Origin: an uncultured Clostridia bacterium
GTDB lineage: Bacteria; UBA6262; WVXT01
DNA length: 43,064 bases
Assembly: GCA_964616885.1 (NCBI GenBank)
Contig: CAZTSA010000001.1
Span: 1 to 43,064 of the forward strand
Reading direction: 5' to 3'
Both the position numbers and the translations under genes were made by a program. A model generated the notes under the pieces. That model was given only the letters and a program-made list of their open reading frames with translations. It made no database searches and was not told the DNA's origin. Positions 33,581 through 43,064 of the stretch are shown here, piece after piece (position 1 is the first letter of the stretch; the number at the start of each line of letters is the position of its first letter).

Positions 33581-33710
33581 ATTTCTTCCCCTATCGGTGG
33601 AGCAAGGATTTGAGCGACCATAAAGGTTGTCCCCACCCGAATTGCTTCCTAGGAAAAGTTGGTTTGCGAGAAGCACTTAATTTCTTGCGTTGCCAAAATC
33701 TTTACGAGCG

Positions 33711-33769
33711 AACTAACTTTTAATCTTCTCTCCGAGCGGCTCCGAAAACTACCCCAACCTTTCCTAACT
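33711..33769. repeat. Direct repeat copy 2 in the nrdJ leader (aactaacttttaatcttctctccgagcggctccgaaaactacccc)
   Basis: It is near-identical to 33940-33988 in the same orientation. Confidence 0.8.
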
Positions 33770-33939
33770 ACACTTTAAAAGATAGCTTGCGAAGAGCTTT
33801 GAGAATTTCAGCCAAAAAACGAGGACGCCCTTCTTGCCTTTCAAGCAAATCATTGTCTGACGAGCGAAGCGAGGAGTTCTGATTTGCGCCCTGCGAAGCC
33901 CGAAGTTTTTTGGCGTTAAGAAATTCCTTAGCGATGAGT

Positions 33940-33988
33940 AAACTATCTTTTAATTCCCTCTCCGAGCGACTCCGAAAACTATCCCCAC
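33940..33988. repeat. Direct repeat copy 1 in the nrdJ leader
   Basis: aaactatcttttaattccctctccgagcgactccgaaaactatcccc. Confidence 0.8.
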
Positions 33989-33992
33989 AATA

Positions 33993-34040
33993 CAATTTCC
34001 AAATCCCAAAATCCAAATCCCAAACTACGGGCATAAAGCC
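33993..34040. repeat. Heptamer tandem repeat (CAAATCC-like x5) ending in CGGGCATAAAGCC
   Basis: It has the same architecture as 14771-14825. Confidence 0.8.
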
Positions 34041-34104
34041 GTACACTACATAGAAAGCGTCTCCGACCAGAAATAATTTACCTATTTTTCAAAAAATAAT
34101 CAAT

Positions 34105-34152
34105 AAAAAAATCCCTGAGTTTAGAGAAAAATAACTTTCCTAAAACCCAGGG
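34105..34152 (-). terminator. Intrinsic terminator of the rpoD operon
   Basis: On the minus strand a ~13-bp stem (TCCCTGGGTTTTAG ... CTAAACTCAGGGA, one bulge) is followed by T7. Confidence 0.65.
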
Positions 34153-34220
34153 ATTATATATTCTAAATTGACTCGGTTGAAGCCATGGCAAGGGCCGCAC
34201 CCTCACGGTGCTTTGTGAGA

Positions 34221-35945
34221 TTATTCAACGTACTCTCTCAAATACTTGCTTCTCGAAGGATGGCGCAGTTTTCTTATCGCCTTTGCCTCTATCTGCCTTA
34301 CCCTTTCCCTCGTTACGTTAAATATCTGACCTACCTCTTCTAAAGTGCGTGGATATCCTACACCAATTCCAAATCTAAGTTTGATGATTTTTGCCTCGCG
34401 CTCACTCAAAGTTGATAATACCCTCTCTATCTCCTTTTGTCGCAAGACATCTAATGCGACGTTAACCGGGGAAAGGTTATCGCGGTCTTCAATGAAATCT
34501 TCCAGATGGCTCTCTTCTTCTTCCCCAATAGGAGTAGCTAAAGATATCGGTTCTTGCATTATCTTCAGTACCGCTCGTATTCTCTCTGGCGCCATCTTCA
34601 TTTCCTTGGCGTATTCTTCAACGAGAGGGTCTCGTCCGTACTTCTGGCGGTACCGACGAGCAATCTTAGTCAATTTACTAATAATCTCTTTCATATGCAC
34701 CGGAATCCTGATGGTACGGGCTTGGTCGGCTATCGCCCGATTTATGGATTGCCTGATCCACCAGGTTGCGTAAGTAGAAAACTTAAACCCTCTCTTATAT
34801 TCAAATTTGTCAACTGCTTTCATCAGTCCGATACTGCCTTCCTGGATTAAATCCAATAACGAGAGGTTGGGATTGATATGCTTTTTGGCAATACTTACTA
34901 CTAGCCTTAAGTTTGCCTTAACCAATTTCAGTTTACCATCGAGAATTTCTGACTCCAGTTGAGTAACCTGGTTGTATAACTCCTTAATAGCCGAAGCGTC
35001 CATTCCTGTATTTCTCTGAAGCTGGAGGAGACGCTGAGAAACGCTCCTTAGATTCTTGTGTATTCCTTCAAACTGCTTTAAGGTTGCTCCCGCTTTCTTC
35101 TTGAATTCTGACTTGGAGATTTTCCTTGCTTTAGCTCTTCGCCACAGCTTTCTTACCTCAGGAAAGGCCAGTTTAAGTTTCCGCTGGTAGTAATCGCCTT
35201 CCTTTTCGATCTGTCTCATTTTCAGACCTATCTGTTTTATTTTCACAATTATTTTCTTAATCTTATCCGATTTCAAGTTCAAATCGAGAATTTGTTGTAA
35301 AATCTTCCTCTTTTCCTGACTCAGTAATCTATCAACCTTCTCAATTGTCTTTCGGCTAATTCTCTTCGTCCTTAATCTCTTCTCGTAGGCAAGGATCTTT
35401 TTCTCGCTCTTGGTGATCTCCCGAACGACTCTTCTCATCTTCTGTCTCATTCTGGCCAAAGCTCTGGTAGTCTTCCGGCCTCGAGGCATTAATTCTTTAG
35501 GGGTAATCTCCCGTTTCTCCAACATTCTACCCATCTGCTTTATCTCTCTTAAAGCTATGGGAGACTCCAAGGCGACCTGTTTCAGCTTCTTTTCGTTGTC
35601 CTTTATGCTCCTGGCTAAATGCATCTCCTGAGTCCGATTAAGAAGGGAGACTTTCCCCATTTCGTTGAGGTACATTTTTATCGAATCACTTGTTTCCACT
35701 TCGGTGGTGGGAGTTATGGGGACTAAGCCTCCTTTTTCCTCCTCGGGCTTTTCCGGCCTTTCAATCAGTGCAATCTTATCAACTACGTCGATTCCTAACT
35801 CATCCAGTTTGGTAAAGATATCGTCTATTTCTTCGGAATCTACTATATCTTCTGGAAGCTGTTCGTTTATCTCCTCATATGTCAGCTTCCCGGTCTCTTT
35901 TCCTTGCTCGATTAGTTCAGAGATTTTTTCCTTGTACTCTTTCAT
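34221..35945 (-). CDS. rpoD: RNA polymerase primary sigma factor (sigma-70)
   Basis: It has regions 1.1, 1.2, 2 ([32 protein letters not shown]), 3 and 4 ([17 protein letters not shown]). Confidence 0.97.
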   Translation of the reverse strand: MKEYKEKISELIEQGKETGKLTYEEINEQLPEDIVDSEEIDDIFTKLDELGIDVVDKIALIERPEKPEEEKGGLVPITPTTEVETSDSIKMYLNEMGKVSLLNRTQEMHLARSIKDNEKKLKQVALESPIALREIKQMGRMLEKREITPKELMPRGRKTTRALARMRQKMRRVVREITKSEKKILAYEKRLRTKRISRKTIEKVDRLLSQEKRKILQQILDLNLKSDKIKKIIVKIKQIGLKMRQIEKEGDYYQRKLKLAFPEVRKLWRRAKARKISKSEFKKKAGATLKQFEGIHKNLRSVSQRLLQLQRNTGMDASAIKELYNQVTQLESEILDGKLKLVKANLRLVVSIAKKHINPNLSLLDLIQEGSIGLMKAVDKFEYKRGFKFSTYATWWIRQSINRAIADQARTIRIPVHMKEIISKLTKIARRYRQKYGRDPLVEEYAKEMKMAPERIRAVLKIMQEPISLATPIGEEEESHLEDFIEDRDNLSPVNVALDVLRQKEIERVLSTLSEREAKIIKLRFGIGVGYPRTLEEVGQIFNVTRERVRQIEAKAIRKLRHPSRSKYLREYVE

Positions 35946-37782
35946 TTTTGCTTCCCTTGAGTTTCTTTGTCAGTTCTCGAAACTTTTCTATTTTTTCTTG
36001 CTCCACTGACAACCCTCTATCTATTAAAGTCGCAAGTTCCTCTCGTATTCTTTCTTTTTCTTCTTCTGATTTATGTATCTTTACTCTCTCAATCAATGCG
36101 TTGACCATTCCCGGAGAAAATTCTGTTTTTTTCTCCTCCATTGCCAGCGAGGCGATAATCTGATTAACCTGGTTTGAAGACTGTAAATCCTGACTGCAAA
36201 TCCTATCCATGATTACTGCCGGGTGTATGGGCTCTTTCTTGTCATGCAATTCGTATATAACATGCACAGTCGTAGAAAGGTCGCTTATAAGGAAATCTTC
36301 GGGAGTAATTTCTACCCTGATTGTTTCAATTTCCTCAGGATAATTAATCATTACCTGTACGAGACCCCTCTCTGCCTTGAGAATTCCTTCTAGGGGAGGA
36401 GAACCTTGAACGCCTTTGATGGAAAAGCCTTCATGACTTCTGCGAGTGTCCAAGGAAGAAGGTTTTTCCCACCGATAAGTCTTTCTGTCTATCCTTGACA
36501 ACTCTAAAAGTAACGTATCTTCCTCAAGAGAAATCAGCTGAGATAGTTTTTTAATCTCATCTTTCTGCTCTACCAGGTTCTTTATCCTTGCAATTATCGG
36601 CAAGACCTCTTCCAACACAGCAACTTTTCCTTCAAAACTTTTCAGATCAGTAGTTTCAGAAATCAACTTTATCCAATGGTCAACTAAAGAGACTGACTGG
36701 GAAATTTGCCTCTGAAATTTTTCTAACCCCTGAGAGCGAAGGAAATCGTCAGGGTCGGTACCTCGAGGAAGTATAGATACCTTCACTTTCACTCCACTCC
36801 CTATCAACAGATCCAATCCCCTTAGTGCAGCCTTGACCCCGGCAGTATCAGCATCGTACACTATGACCACTTCTTCAGCATATCGCAATATTGTAGAAAT
36901 GTGGTCGCTGGTCAAAGCAGTTCCCAGAGTGGCTACACTATTCTCTACTCCAAACTGATGGCAGGTTAAAACATCTGTATATCCCTCTACGACTATGACC
37001 TGATTCTTCTTCTGAATAGACTCTTTAGCAAAGTCGAGTGCATAAAGGGCCTTTCCTTTATTAAATACAGGAGTTTCAGGAGAATTTAAGTACTTGGGCA
37101 AATGATCTCCTAAAACTCTTCCTCCAAATCCAATTACCCTGGACTTAACATCAGAAATTGGGAAAATGATCCGGTCCAGAAACAGGTCGCGATAGTCATT
37201 CCTCTTTTCTGAAAACGTGATTAAACCTGCCTTTTCCAAAAGTGATTTTGAATAACCTTTGTTTACAGCCGCTTCTAACAGGTTACTTCCAGAGCCGGGA
37301 GCGTAGCCAAGTGCAAATTTATTAATAACCTCATCCTTTAATCCTCTTTCCTTGAGATAATCCCATGCCTTCTCTGCAGAAGGTGAACTCTTCAAAAATC
37401 GGTGATAAAAGCTCGCCGCATGCTGATTGATTTCAAAGAGAGCATCTCTCTCGCGCGAGACTCTGGAGGACTCATCCTGGCTGACCTTATCTTTGGGTAG
37501 AGAAATCCCTGCCCGCTTAGCCAACTTCTCCACAGCTTCTATGAAGCTTATCTTCTCATGCTTCATCAGGAAATTGAAGACATTGCCCCCTTCCCCGCAA
37601 CCGAAGCAGTGAAATATCTCTTTTTGCGGTGAAACAATAAAAGAGGGAGTCTTCTCCTGATGGAACGGACAGAGTGCCTTAAAATTGCTTCCAGTTTTTT
37701 TCAGAGGCAAATATTCAGAGACGACCTCTACAATATTACTGGTTTGCCGTATTTGGTCTATTAGATAGCTCGGAATAGCCAA
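35917..37782 (-). CDS. dnaG: DNA primase
   Basis: It has the zinc-binding block CPFH.EKTPSF.V....FHCFGCG and the TOPRIM block ([13 protein letters not shown]). The proposed start is the TTG at 37782 ([11 protein letters not shown]) with the SD GGGGAG; the ORF is open to 37815. It overlaps rpoD by 29 nt. Confidence 0.93.
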   Translation of the reverse strand: MAIPSYLIDQIRQTSNIVEVVSEYLPLKKTGSNFKALCPFHQEKTPSFIVSPQKEIFHCFGCGEGGNVFNFLMKHEKISFIEAVEKLAKRAGISLPKDKVSQDESSRVSRERDALFEINQHAASFYHRFLKSSPSAEKAWDYLKERGLKDEVINKFALGYAPGSGSNLLEAAVNKGYSKSLLEKAGLITFSEKRNDYRDLFLDRIIFPISDVKSRVIGFGGRVLGDHLPKYLNSPETPVFNKGKALYALDFAKESIQKKNQVIVVEGYTDVLTCHQFGVENSVATLGTALTSDHISTILRYAEEVVIVYDADTAGVKAALRGLDLLIGSGVKVKVSILPRGTDPDDFLRSQGLEKFQRQISQSVSLVDHWIKLISETTDLKSFEGKVAVLEEVLPIIARIKNLVEQKDEIKKLSQLISLEEDTLLLELSRIDRKTYRWEKPSSLDTRRSHEGFSIKGVQGSPPLEGILKAERGLVQVMINYPEEIETIRVEITPEDFLISDLSTTVHVIYELHDKKEPIHPAVIMDRICSQDLQSSNQVNQIIASLAMEEKKTEFSPGMVNALIERVKIHKSEEEKERIREELATLIDRGLSVEQEKIEKFRELTKKLKGSKNERVQGKNL

Positions 37783-37845
37783 CTCAGCTCCCCTATGGAC
37801 AAGTAGCAAAAACAACGAGAAAAAAGCACCTGTCCTCTTTTTCTT

Positions 37846-38835
37846 CTATCTGTCGACCCGGTAAAAACCCGAACAAGAAACTATATTCAGAGGCCCAAAC
37901 TTTTCTACAGCCCGATCTAATATCAGATTGAGGCCTAAGGTATCTGATGCCACATGACCAGCAATTACAACATTTATGTGAAACTTTTCTGCATTTTGGT
38001 AATGCTTTTCGCTCATGTGCATTCCCACTATTGTGCCGATTCCTGAATCGCTAAGTTTTTCTAAAGCTTCTTCCGACCCCTCAGTGCCGCCCGTCATATC
38101 AACGAATATCTTTCCAGCCCGCCTCTTTTCAGAACCAATAATAACTTTCGGCCCGTTACCTCGTGTGGTGGCCTGTTCGTACTCCGGGATTTCCTTCAAA
38201 AGCCCAGTTGCATCTTCCACCAGTTCGGGCTTCTTTTCATCCATCAATCCTTGCAAATATGTAGTTACAAAATTATCTGCTGGAGTGTGCACACAAATAA
38301 ATGGAATGTCGAGCAACTGTGCTGCGTCCACCGCCCTGAAGTGATTCACCGGCATGACCTTGCGGCTGACATCCTTTATCTTCTTTGCCAGAAGGTCTTC
38401 CGCTATGTTTATAGGTACACCGTACTTGTTCAGAATATCTGCCTGCATACCCATAACTTCATAGAAATTGGCGTAGGCACGACCTTCAGGGTGGTGAGCA
38501 AGGACCAATTCGATCTCTTTCCCCTGCGACCTCAGGCGGTCGGCTAAAAGCAATTCCGGAGTTTCTATATCAATTCCCACAAGTATGTTCCTTATTTCTT
38601 TTTTAGTGTCATGCAATATCCTGGTATCACTGTAGGGATTGTGAAGAGTTTCCTGGTCAAATTCTCTTTTCTTTTCTTCTGCCATTTTTTCAAATTCTTC
38701 TCTTTTCCTTCTTATTTCCAGTTTAACTCTCTCCGAACCACGGGGATCCTTGGAAATCCCCTGCTCTATAATGAATCTGTAGAATTCAGCGAGTTTCAAT
38801 TTATCATCTCCCCCTAACGTCCTGTTTTCAGACAT
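37846..38835 (-). CDS. NIF3 (DUF34)-like dinuclear metal centre protein, divergent
   Basis: It has the AHHPEG, VHTPAD and AGHVASD metal-ligand-like blocks in NIF3 order. The N-terminal ~70 aa are an atypical charged extension. Confidence 0.55.
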   Translation of the reverse strand: MSENRTLGGDDKLKLAEFYRFIIEQGISKDPRGSERVKLEIRRKREEFEKMAEEKKREFDQETLHNPYSDTRILHDTKKEIRNILVGIDIETPELLLADRLRSQGKEIELVLAHHPEGRAYANFYEVMGMQADILNKYGVPINIAEDLLAKKIKDVSRKVMPVNHFRAVDAAQLLDIPFICVHTPADNFVTTYLQGLMDEKKPELVEDATGLLKEIPEYEQATTRGNGPKVIIGSEKRRAGKIFVDMTGGTEGSEEALEKLSDSGIGTIVGMHMSEKHYQNAEKFHINVVIAGHVASDTLGLNLILDRAVEKFGPLNIVSCSGFYRVDR

Positions 38836-38875
38836 TCACTTTTACAGGTAACGGATTCTCCCTGAGGAGAAAATC

Positions 38876-39508
38876 TTATGTGAGCCCATGATTCTTGGTT
38901 GGAATTGTTCGAGATACGAATTTACTCCCTTCAATATAATAGCGATAAGGAAGATTGCTGCCTTTCTTTATCCCGATACGACCTGTCTTGGTGATGCCAA
39001 AGATTTTTGAAGTTTCTGCGGTTTCTCCCCGATTAGTATCGCTCACAACAAATAGTTTATTCCCGGTCAGGTCAACCCCATTCATGGAAGCGGTAATGCC
39101 TAAAGCCTCGGTCAATTTGCCCGGGCCATTTGTGAGATAGGCTAAGGGTCCACCTATTCTCCTATTTTTTCTCATTAATTGCATGCCTTCTATAGGCTCC
39201 CCAGCTCTAATTAGAACAGCCCCTGGTATACCATACTTTTCCGTAACTATGTTAAAGCAGTAATGTTTGCCGTATACCAGGTAAACATAGGCTTTTCCTG
39301 CTGGCCCAAACATTATCCTGTTACGCGGACTTATTCCGCGATAGGCGTGGCTCCCCGGGTCTTTTTGGCCAAAATAAGCTTCTGTCTCCACAATTTTGGC
39401 CAAAATTGCACCCTTTTCCGTTTTGTGGACTAGCGTTTTACCTAGCAGTTCTTGAGCAACGATTTCTGTGCTTCGGGAATAGAATTTTCTTGGTAATTTG
39501 TCTATCAA
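38876..39508 (-). CDS. mpg: DNA-3-methyladenine glycosylase (Mpg/AAG family)
   Basis: It has FY.R....VA..LLGK.L, IVETEAY...DP.SHA..G...RN..MFGP.G.AYVY..YG and a LTNGPGKL block. Confidence 0.9.
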   Translation of the reverse strand: MIDKLPRKFYSRSTEIVAQELLGKTLVHKTEKGAILAKIVETEAYFGQKDPGSHAYRGISPRNRIMFGPAGKAYVYLVYGKHYCFNIVTEKYGIPGAVLIRAGEPIEGMQLMRKNRRIGGPLAYLTNGPGKLTEALGITASMNGVDLTGNKLFVVSDTNRGETAETSKIFGITKTGRIGIKKGSNLPYRYYIEGSKFVSRTIPTKNHGLT

Positions 39509-39724
39509 TTATCTTTTTCTTTTCAAGCGATCCAAAAACTTGAGTTCCCTTCTCCTTTGCTTCCTTTTTGCTTCGGCAATCTTTCTCTTTCTGCGCACGC
39601 TGGGACTTTCATAATATTCCCTTTTCTTTATCTCAGTCATAAGCCCAGCCCTTTCGCATTCACGTTTAAATCGCCGTAAAGCTTCATCTATAGATTCATG
39701 TTCTCCAACCTTTACCTCAGTCAC
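39509..39724 (-). CDS. rpsU: 30S ribosomal protein S21
   Basis: It has [12 protein letters not shown]...R.G...E...R..YE.PS..RKRK. The start is GTG with the SD AAGGGGTGA. Confidence 0.95.
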   Translation of the reverse strand: MTEVKVGEHESIDEALRRFKRECERAGLMTEIKKREYYESPSVRRKRKIAEAKRKQRRRELKFLDRLKRKR

Positions 39725-39875
39725 ATTTCTTCACCCCTTACGTGAATCAGACTGTGCTCTCCATTTATCAGAGCATTCGCTTCTATTAACCGGGGAGCCG
39801 CAAGGGTCGCCCCTCTGCGGCCGTCACCCTTTCCACAAAGCTTGCTATCTATGTGGAGATCTTCCTCGCCACTTT

Positions 39876-40220
39876 TTATCCGGGAGGCCAGGTGAATTTT
39901 CGACCACCCAGCAAGTGGAAATGTATGTGAAATACTGCTTGACCGGCATCGGCATTGCAATTTCCTACGATACGGAAGCCACATTGGGCAATGCTCTCTT
40001 GGGAAGCCAATTTTTGGGCAACCAAGTAAATCTCTCCTATCAGTTCCTTGTCTTCTATGGTCAAATTCATAATTGTGGCTATATGCTTTTTGGGCACAAT
40101 TAGAAGATGTACCGGGGCCTGGGGGTTTATATCCCGAAAGGCTATTACCCGTTCATCCTCGTAAACGATAATCGCAGGAACCCTTTTATTTACAATATCA
40201 CAAAAGAGGCATTTTTGCAT
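39876..40220 (-). CDS. HIT family (Hint-like) nucleotide hydrolase/transferase
   Basis: It has CLFC.I and the histidine triad HIHFHLLGG. Confidence 0.95.
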   Translation of the reverse strand: MQKCLFCDIVNKRVPAIIVYEDERVIAFRDINPQAPVHLLIVPKKHIATIMNLTIEDKELIGEIYLVAQKLASQESIAQCGFRIVGNCNADAGQAVFHIHFHLLGGRKFTWPPG

Positions 40221-40257
40221 TTGTTCACATAGCCATTGGGCAAAATATCAAACTTTT

Positions 40258-40286
40258 ATAATATCACAAAATCTAATAATTGTCAA
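40258..40286 (-). promoter_or_regulatory. Sigma70 promoter with an extended -10, upstream of the HIT/rpsU operon
   Basis: On the minus strand: TTGACA, a 17-nt spacer, then TATTAT. The spacer ends in TGA, which gives the TGn extended -10. It lies ~35 nt upstream of the ATG at 40220. Confidence 0.55.
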
Positions 40287-40309
40287 GAAAAAAAGCGGAT
40301 TTTTTCCAA

Positions 40310-41326
40310 TTATAGCTGGGCGAGCCTACTCTTAAGCAGGTCGATCATCGGGGTGGGTAGCGGGTCCACAGAGTTGCCTAAAGCCACATATGTGCTGACC
40401 CAGTCGCCAAGGTATATGAGGGAATGGAGCCTACATAGGAGAGATTTGCCCCTGGAGATTACGTGCTGCACGCCGGCCACCTTGTTTTTTAGGATACTTT
40501 CTGTTATTTCTATTCTCTTTTTGATTCGCTCGCTTTCAGCACTATCCCTCAGGAAAATTATATAGAATTTCTTGGTGAATTCGCTGCCGGTTGCCCAAAC
40601 TTCAATTTCATTATGATTCATTTCCGGTAATATAGCGAAAAAAGCCGCAATTTTGCTATTTTCGTTAAATTGGTTCTTCCAGCGGATAGCGCATGCAGCG
40701 AGATGGTCAGGAGCATATATGAGGAGGAGATGCCCTGTCACTTTCTCTGATATGTCTTTTGCTAAATTGGCTTTATTTTGAGGGTTATACTCTTTAGCCA
40801 GGATTTGTAAATTCTGGATTGTCTCCCTAGTTTCCTCTTCTTTTGAGCCAACCAATCCCAACCTTTGAAGGAGAGTAAGCACAGGAAAGAATAGATACCC
40901 AAAAGTTGCCCGGGGAGGCATCCCACCTATGATTTCAATTACGTCATTTCCGTTTTTCCGAGACAATTCCTCTAACTTTCCTCCACTGGTAATGGCTATA
41001 ATCCTTGCGGAACGAGAGAGCGCATCACGATAGGCGGATAGAGTCTCTTCAGTATTGCCCGAATAGCTGATAGCGAAAACCAAGGTGTTCTCACCTACAT
41101 AACCCGGAAGGAGATAACCCCGGTTGACTTCAATGGGAATCCTTGCCTCTCCCTGAAGATACGATTTTATCAGGTCGCCACCTGCCGCTGACCCCCCCAT
41201 TCCACAGACCACAACATGGTAGATAGAGCCATATCTTTTTAAATCGATGGGGAAATTCATAGCAATCTGCACTGCTTTTTCACATTGAGAAGGAAAATCT
41301 TCCAGATACTCGATCATCTCGTTCAT
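40310..41326 (-). CDS. Bifunctional phosphoglucose/phosphomannose isomerase (SIS domains, archaeal/thermophile type)
   Basis: It has CGMGGS, SYSGNTEET and a tandem SIS layout of about 340 aa. The start is uncertain (41326, 41317 or the GTG at 41365). Confidence 0.8.
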   Translation of the reverse strand: MNEMIEYLEDFPSQCEKAVQIAMNFPIDLKRYGSIYHVVVCGMGGSAAGGDLIKSYLQGEARIPIEVNRGYLLPGYVGENTLVFAISYSGNTEETLSAYRDALSRSARIIAITSGGKLEELSRKNGNDVIEIIGGMPPRATFGYLFFPVLTLLQRLGLVGSKEEETRETIQNLQILAKEYNPQNKANLAKDISEKVTGHLLLIYAPDHLAACAIRWKNQFNENSKIAAFFAILPEMNHNEIEVWATGSEFTKKFYIIFLRDSAESERIKKRIEITESILKNKVAGVQHVISRGKSLLCRLHSLIYLGDWVSTYVALGNSVDPLPTPMIDLLKSRLAQL

Positions 41327-41377
41327 CGTCCGATCCAACCTCCCTCCCGGAAGGACTCCAAACACTCTGTGATGAAC

Positions 41378-43064
41378 CTATGGCAGGGCTTCAAATCTCT
41401 CTATAATTTTGCTTACCTCATCCTGTTCTGTGGTAGCCAAAACCTTCCTGGCGAGTTCCCGAGCTCTGGTCAGGTTCGTTGACCGAATAATCTTCTTAAT
41501 CTTAGGTATGGACAATGGAGACATACTGAACTCATCCAGACCCATACCAAGAAGAATCTTTGTAAAAGAAGGATCTGCAGCCATTTCTCCACACATTCCT
41601 ACGCGCTTGCCTTCTTCGTGACCAGCATCTATCACCCTTTTAACCAGGCGCAAAATCGATAAATGTAATGGCTTGTAAAGATGAGTCACATTCTCGTTAA
41701 CACGATCTACTGCCAAAGTATACTGGATTAAATCATTTGTCCCGATGCTCAAGAAATCGGCTTCCCGGGCAAGAACATCCGCAATCAGAGCGGAGGAAGG
41801 CGTTTCAATCATCACTCCTATTTCCATATTTTCATTGAAAGGAGTCTTCTCTTTTCTTAATTCATTCTTTACTTCTTCGAGCAACTCATTGGCACGTCTA
41901 AGTTCTTCTACACAACATATCATAGGGTACATTATTTTCAGGTTCCCTTCTACCGAGGCCCGCATAATAGCCCTTAATTGGGTCTTAAAAACATCGGGAT
42001 ATTTAAAGCAAAGCCGAATTGCCCTTAAGCCCATGAAAGGATTACGTTCCGGAGAAATACCGAATTCGCCCACAAACCTGTCCGCTCCCAAATCCATTGT
42101 CCTGATTACCACGGGATAAGGTATCATTTTTCGCGCCACGGAGAAATACTGTTCATATTGCTCTTCTTCGGATGGGAAATCGACTCGATTTAGATAGATA
42201 TATTCAGTGCGGAATAACCCAATTCCTGTTGCTCCGTGGGCGTGAACCGAGGGAATTTCTTCAGGCACTTCGATATTCGCCTGCAATTCAACAGTATACT
42301 CATCGGCTGTGACCGCTGGAAGATCTGTCAGCTTCTTCAACGCCTCTTCGGCGTCGGTATATTTTATTTTCTGGCGTTCATAATTCTCAACTGTCAGTGA
42401 ATCGGGGTTGATAATCACAATTCCTTCTATTCCATCCACGATTATTGTGTCTCCCGGATTGACTTTTTTAGTTACATTTTTCAAACCCACCACAGCGGGA
42501 ATTTCTAATGACTGGGCCATAATGGCTGTGTGCGAGGTTCTTCCCCCGATATCTGTAACAAACCCTATGACATTCTCTTTGCGCATGGCAATGGTGTCTG
42601 CGGGAGTAAGATTATGAGCGACTACAATTACCGGCGATGGCAGAGTAGCCAGCTCTTCCCTTTCCCGGCCGAGCAGGTTTTTCAAAACCCTTTTTCCCAC
42701 ATCCAGAATGTCCATGCTACGGTCTCGTAGATACCCGTCGTCGATTATATTAAAAGTCTTTGTTATTTTATCAATTACCATCTGGAGGGCATATTCAGCA
42801 TTTACCCTTTGCTCCAGAATCACCCTCATCACATCGTTTCTAAGAATGGGATCATCCAGAATTAGGAGATAGGCTTCGAAAAGGCGTACGTGTCTCTTAC
42901 CGAGTTGCTTTAGAACCTTCTGCCTTATTCCGTCCATCTCTTCCTTTGTCTCGGCAAGGGCTTTGCGAAAGCGAAAGATTTCCTGCTTTATATCAGTAGG
43001 CTCGATAGTTCTCTTGGAAATATAGAATTCCTCTTCTTCAAGGAGAAAAGCTCGCCCAATCACA
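41378..43064 (-). CDS. ptsI: Phosphoenolpyruvate--protein phosphotransferase (PTS Enzyme I), N-terminus truncated by the window edge
   Basis: It has GGRTSHTAIMA (phospho-His), the PEP-utilising TIM barrel blocks (GLFRTE, IRTMDLG.D, SIGTNDL.QY) and the catalytic CGE. Confidence 0.95.
   Translation of the reverse strand, partial: VIGRAFLLEEEEFYISKRTIEPTDIKQEIFRFRKALAETKEEMDGIRQKVLKQLGKRHVRLFEAYLLILDDPILRNDVMRVILEQRVNAEYALQMVIDKITKTFNIIDDGYLRDRSMDILDVGKRVLKNLLGREREELATLPSPVIVVAHNLTPADTIAMRKENVIGFVTDIGGRTSHTAIMAQSLEIPAVVGLKNVTKKVNPGDTIIVDGIEGIVIINPDSLTVENYERQKIKYTDAEEALKKLTDLPAVTADEYTVELQANIEVPEEIPSVHAHGATGIGLFRTEYIYLNRVDFPSEEEQYEQYFSVARKMIPYPVVIRTMDLGADRFVGEFGISPERNPFMGLRAIRLCFKYPDVFKTQLRAIMRASVEGNLKIMYPMICCVEELRRANELLEEVKNELRKEKTPFNENMEIGVMIETPSSALIADVLAREADFLSIGTNDLIQYTLAVDRVNENVTHLYKPLHLSILRLVKRVIDAGHEEGKRVGMCGEMAADPSFTKILLGMGLDEFSMSPLSIPKIKKIIRSTNLTRARELARKVLATTEQDEVSKIIERFEALP

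Noticed and set aside
33768-34046. 92-aa ORF (MYGFMPVVWDLDFGIW...) in the rpoD-nrdJ spacer
   Set aside because: It starts at a GTG without an SD. Its N-terminus is simply the translation of the heptamer/cap-box repeat, and it spans the two 50-bp direct repeats. It is most likely a repeat-generated ORF.
33581-34104. Cobalamin riboswitch or NrdR operator in the nrdJ leader
   Set aside because: I found no B12-box-like GCCACTG core and no paired NrdR boxes by eye. This needs a covariance-model scan to exclude it formally.
39721-39984. 87-aa ORF overlapping the HIT gene 3' end and the rpsU leader
   Set aside because: It lies in an alternative frame of a well-supported HIT gene and in a GC-rich structured spacer. 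It has no SD or motifs.

Overview
This is a bacterial chromosomal window, probably from an uncultivated anaerobe. The coding DNA is AT-rich and is punctuated by several families of GC-rich palindromic or tandem intergenic repeats. Every gene I can support lies on the minus strand: about 44 CDS, two tRNAs and the RNase P RNA.

In transcription order (right to left) the window contains:
- ptsI (5' end cut by the window edge) and an archaeal-type PGI/PMI.
- An expanded macromolecular-synthesis operon (HIT, rpsU, 3-methyladenine glycosylase, NIF3-like, dnaG, rpoD) with a good sigma70 promoter and an intrinsic terminator.
- A class II ribonucleotide reductase (nrdJ) behind a ~500-nt repeat-laden leader. 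It is interrupted by a 396-aa LAGLIDADG intein inserted exactly at the catalytic NPC|GE motif.
- An aldehyde-metabolism block (MoaD-like, AOR, class II aldolase, Lrp-ligand domain, Fe-ADH, ALDH). The ADH/ALDH part, together with a GIY-YIG gene, is bracketed by tRNA(CAU)-derived direct repeats.
- DUF167, DUF72, a CheY-like regulator and a DUF401-like membrane protein flanked by direct repeats.
- Ldh_2 oxidoreductase, an MltD-like transglycosylase, an archaeal-type ThyA, an ADP-forming acetyl-CoA synthetase with an orphan DRTGG/Pta-N protein, a rhomboid protease, an M16 peptidase, DUF4416 and tRNA-Val.
- A SagB-type nitroreductase and a COG1579 zinc-ribbon / RNase HI / rnpB cluster.
- A nucleic-acid-processing cluster: nitroreductase, a divergent RNase HII-like protein, a DEDD exonuclease, two radical SAM enzymes, MazG-like, a minimal activase/dehydratase-like pair and endonuclease IV.

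The best candidate for an undescribed system is the RNase HII-like / exonuclease / double radical-SAM operon at about 3.2-7.8 kb. Secondary leads are the tRNA(CAU) rearrangement hot spot with GIY-YIG, two SD-preceded poly-lysine mini-ORFs, and the repeat families. All functional calls rest on motif recognition by eye; no database search was possible.
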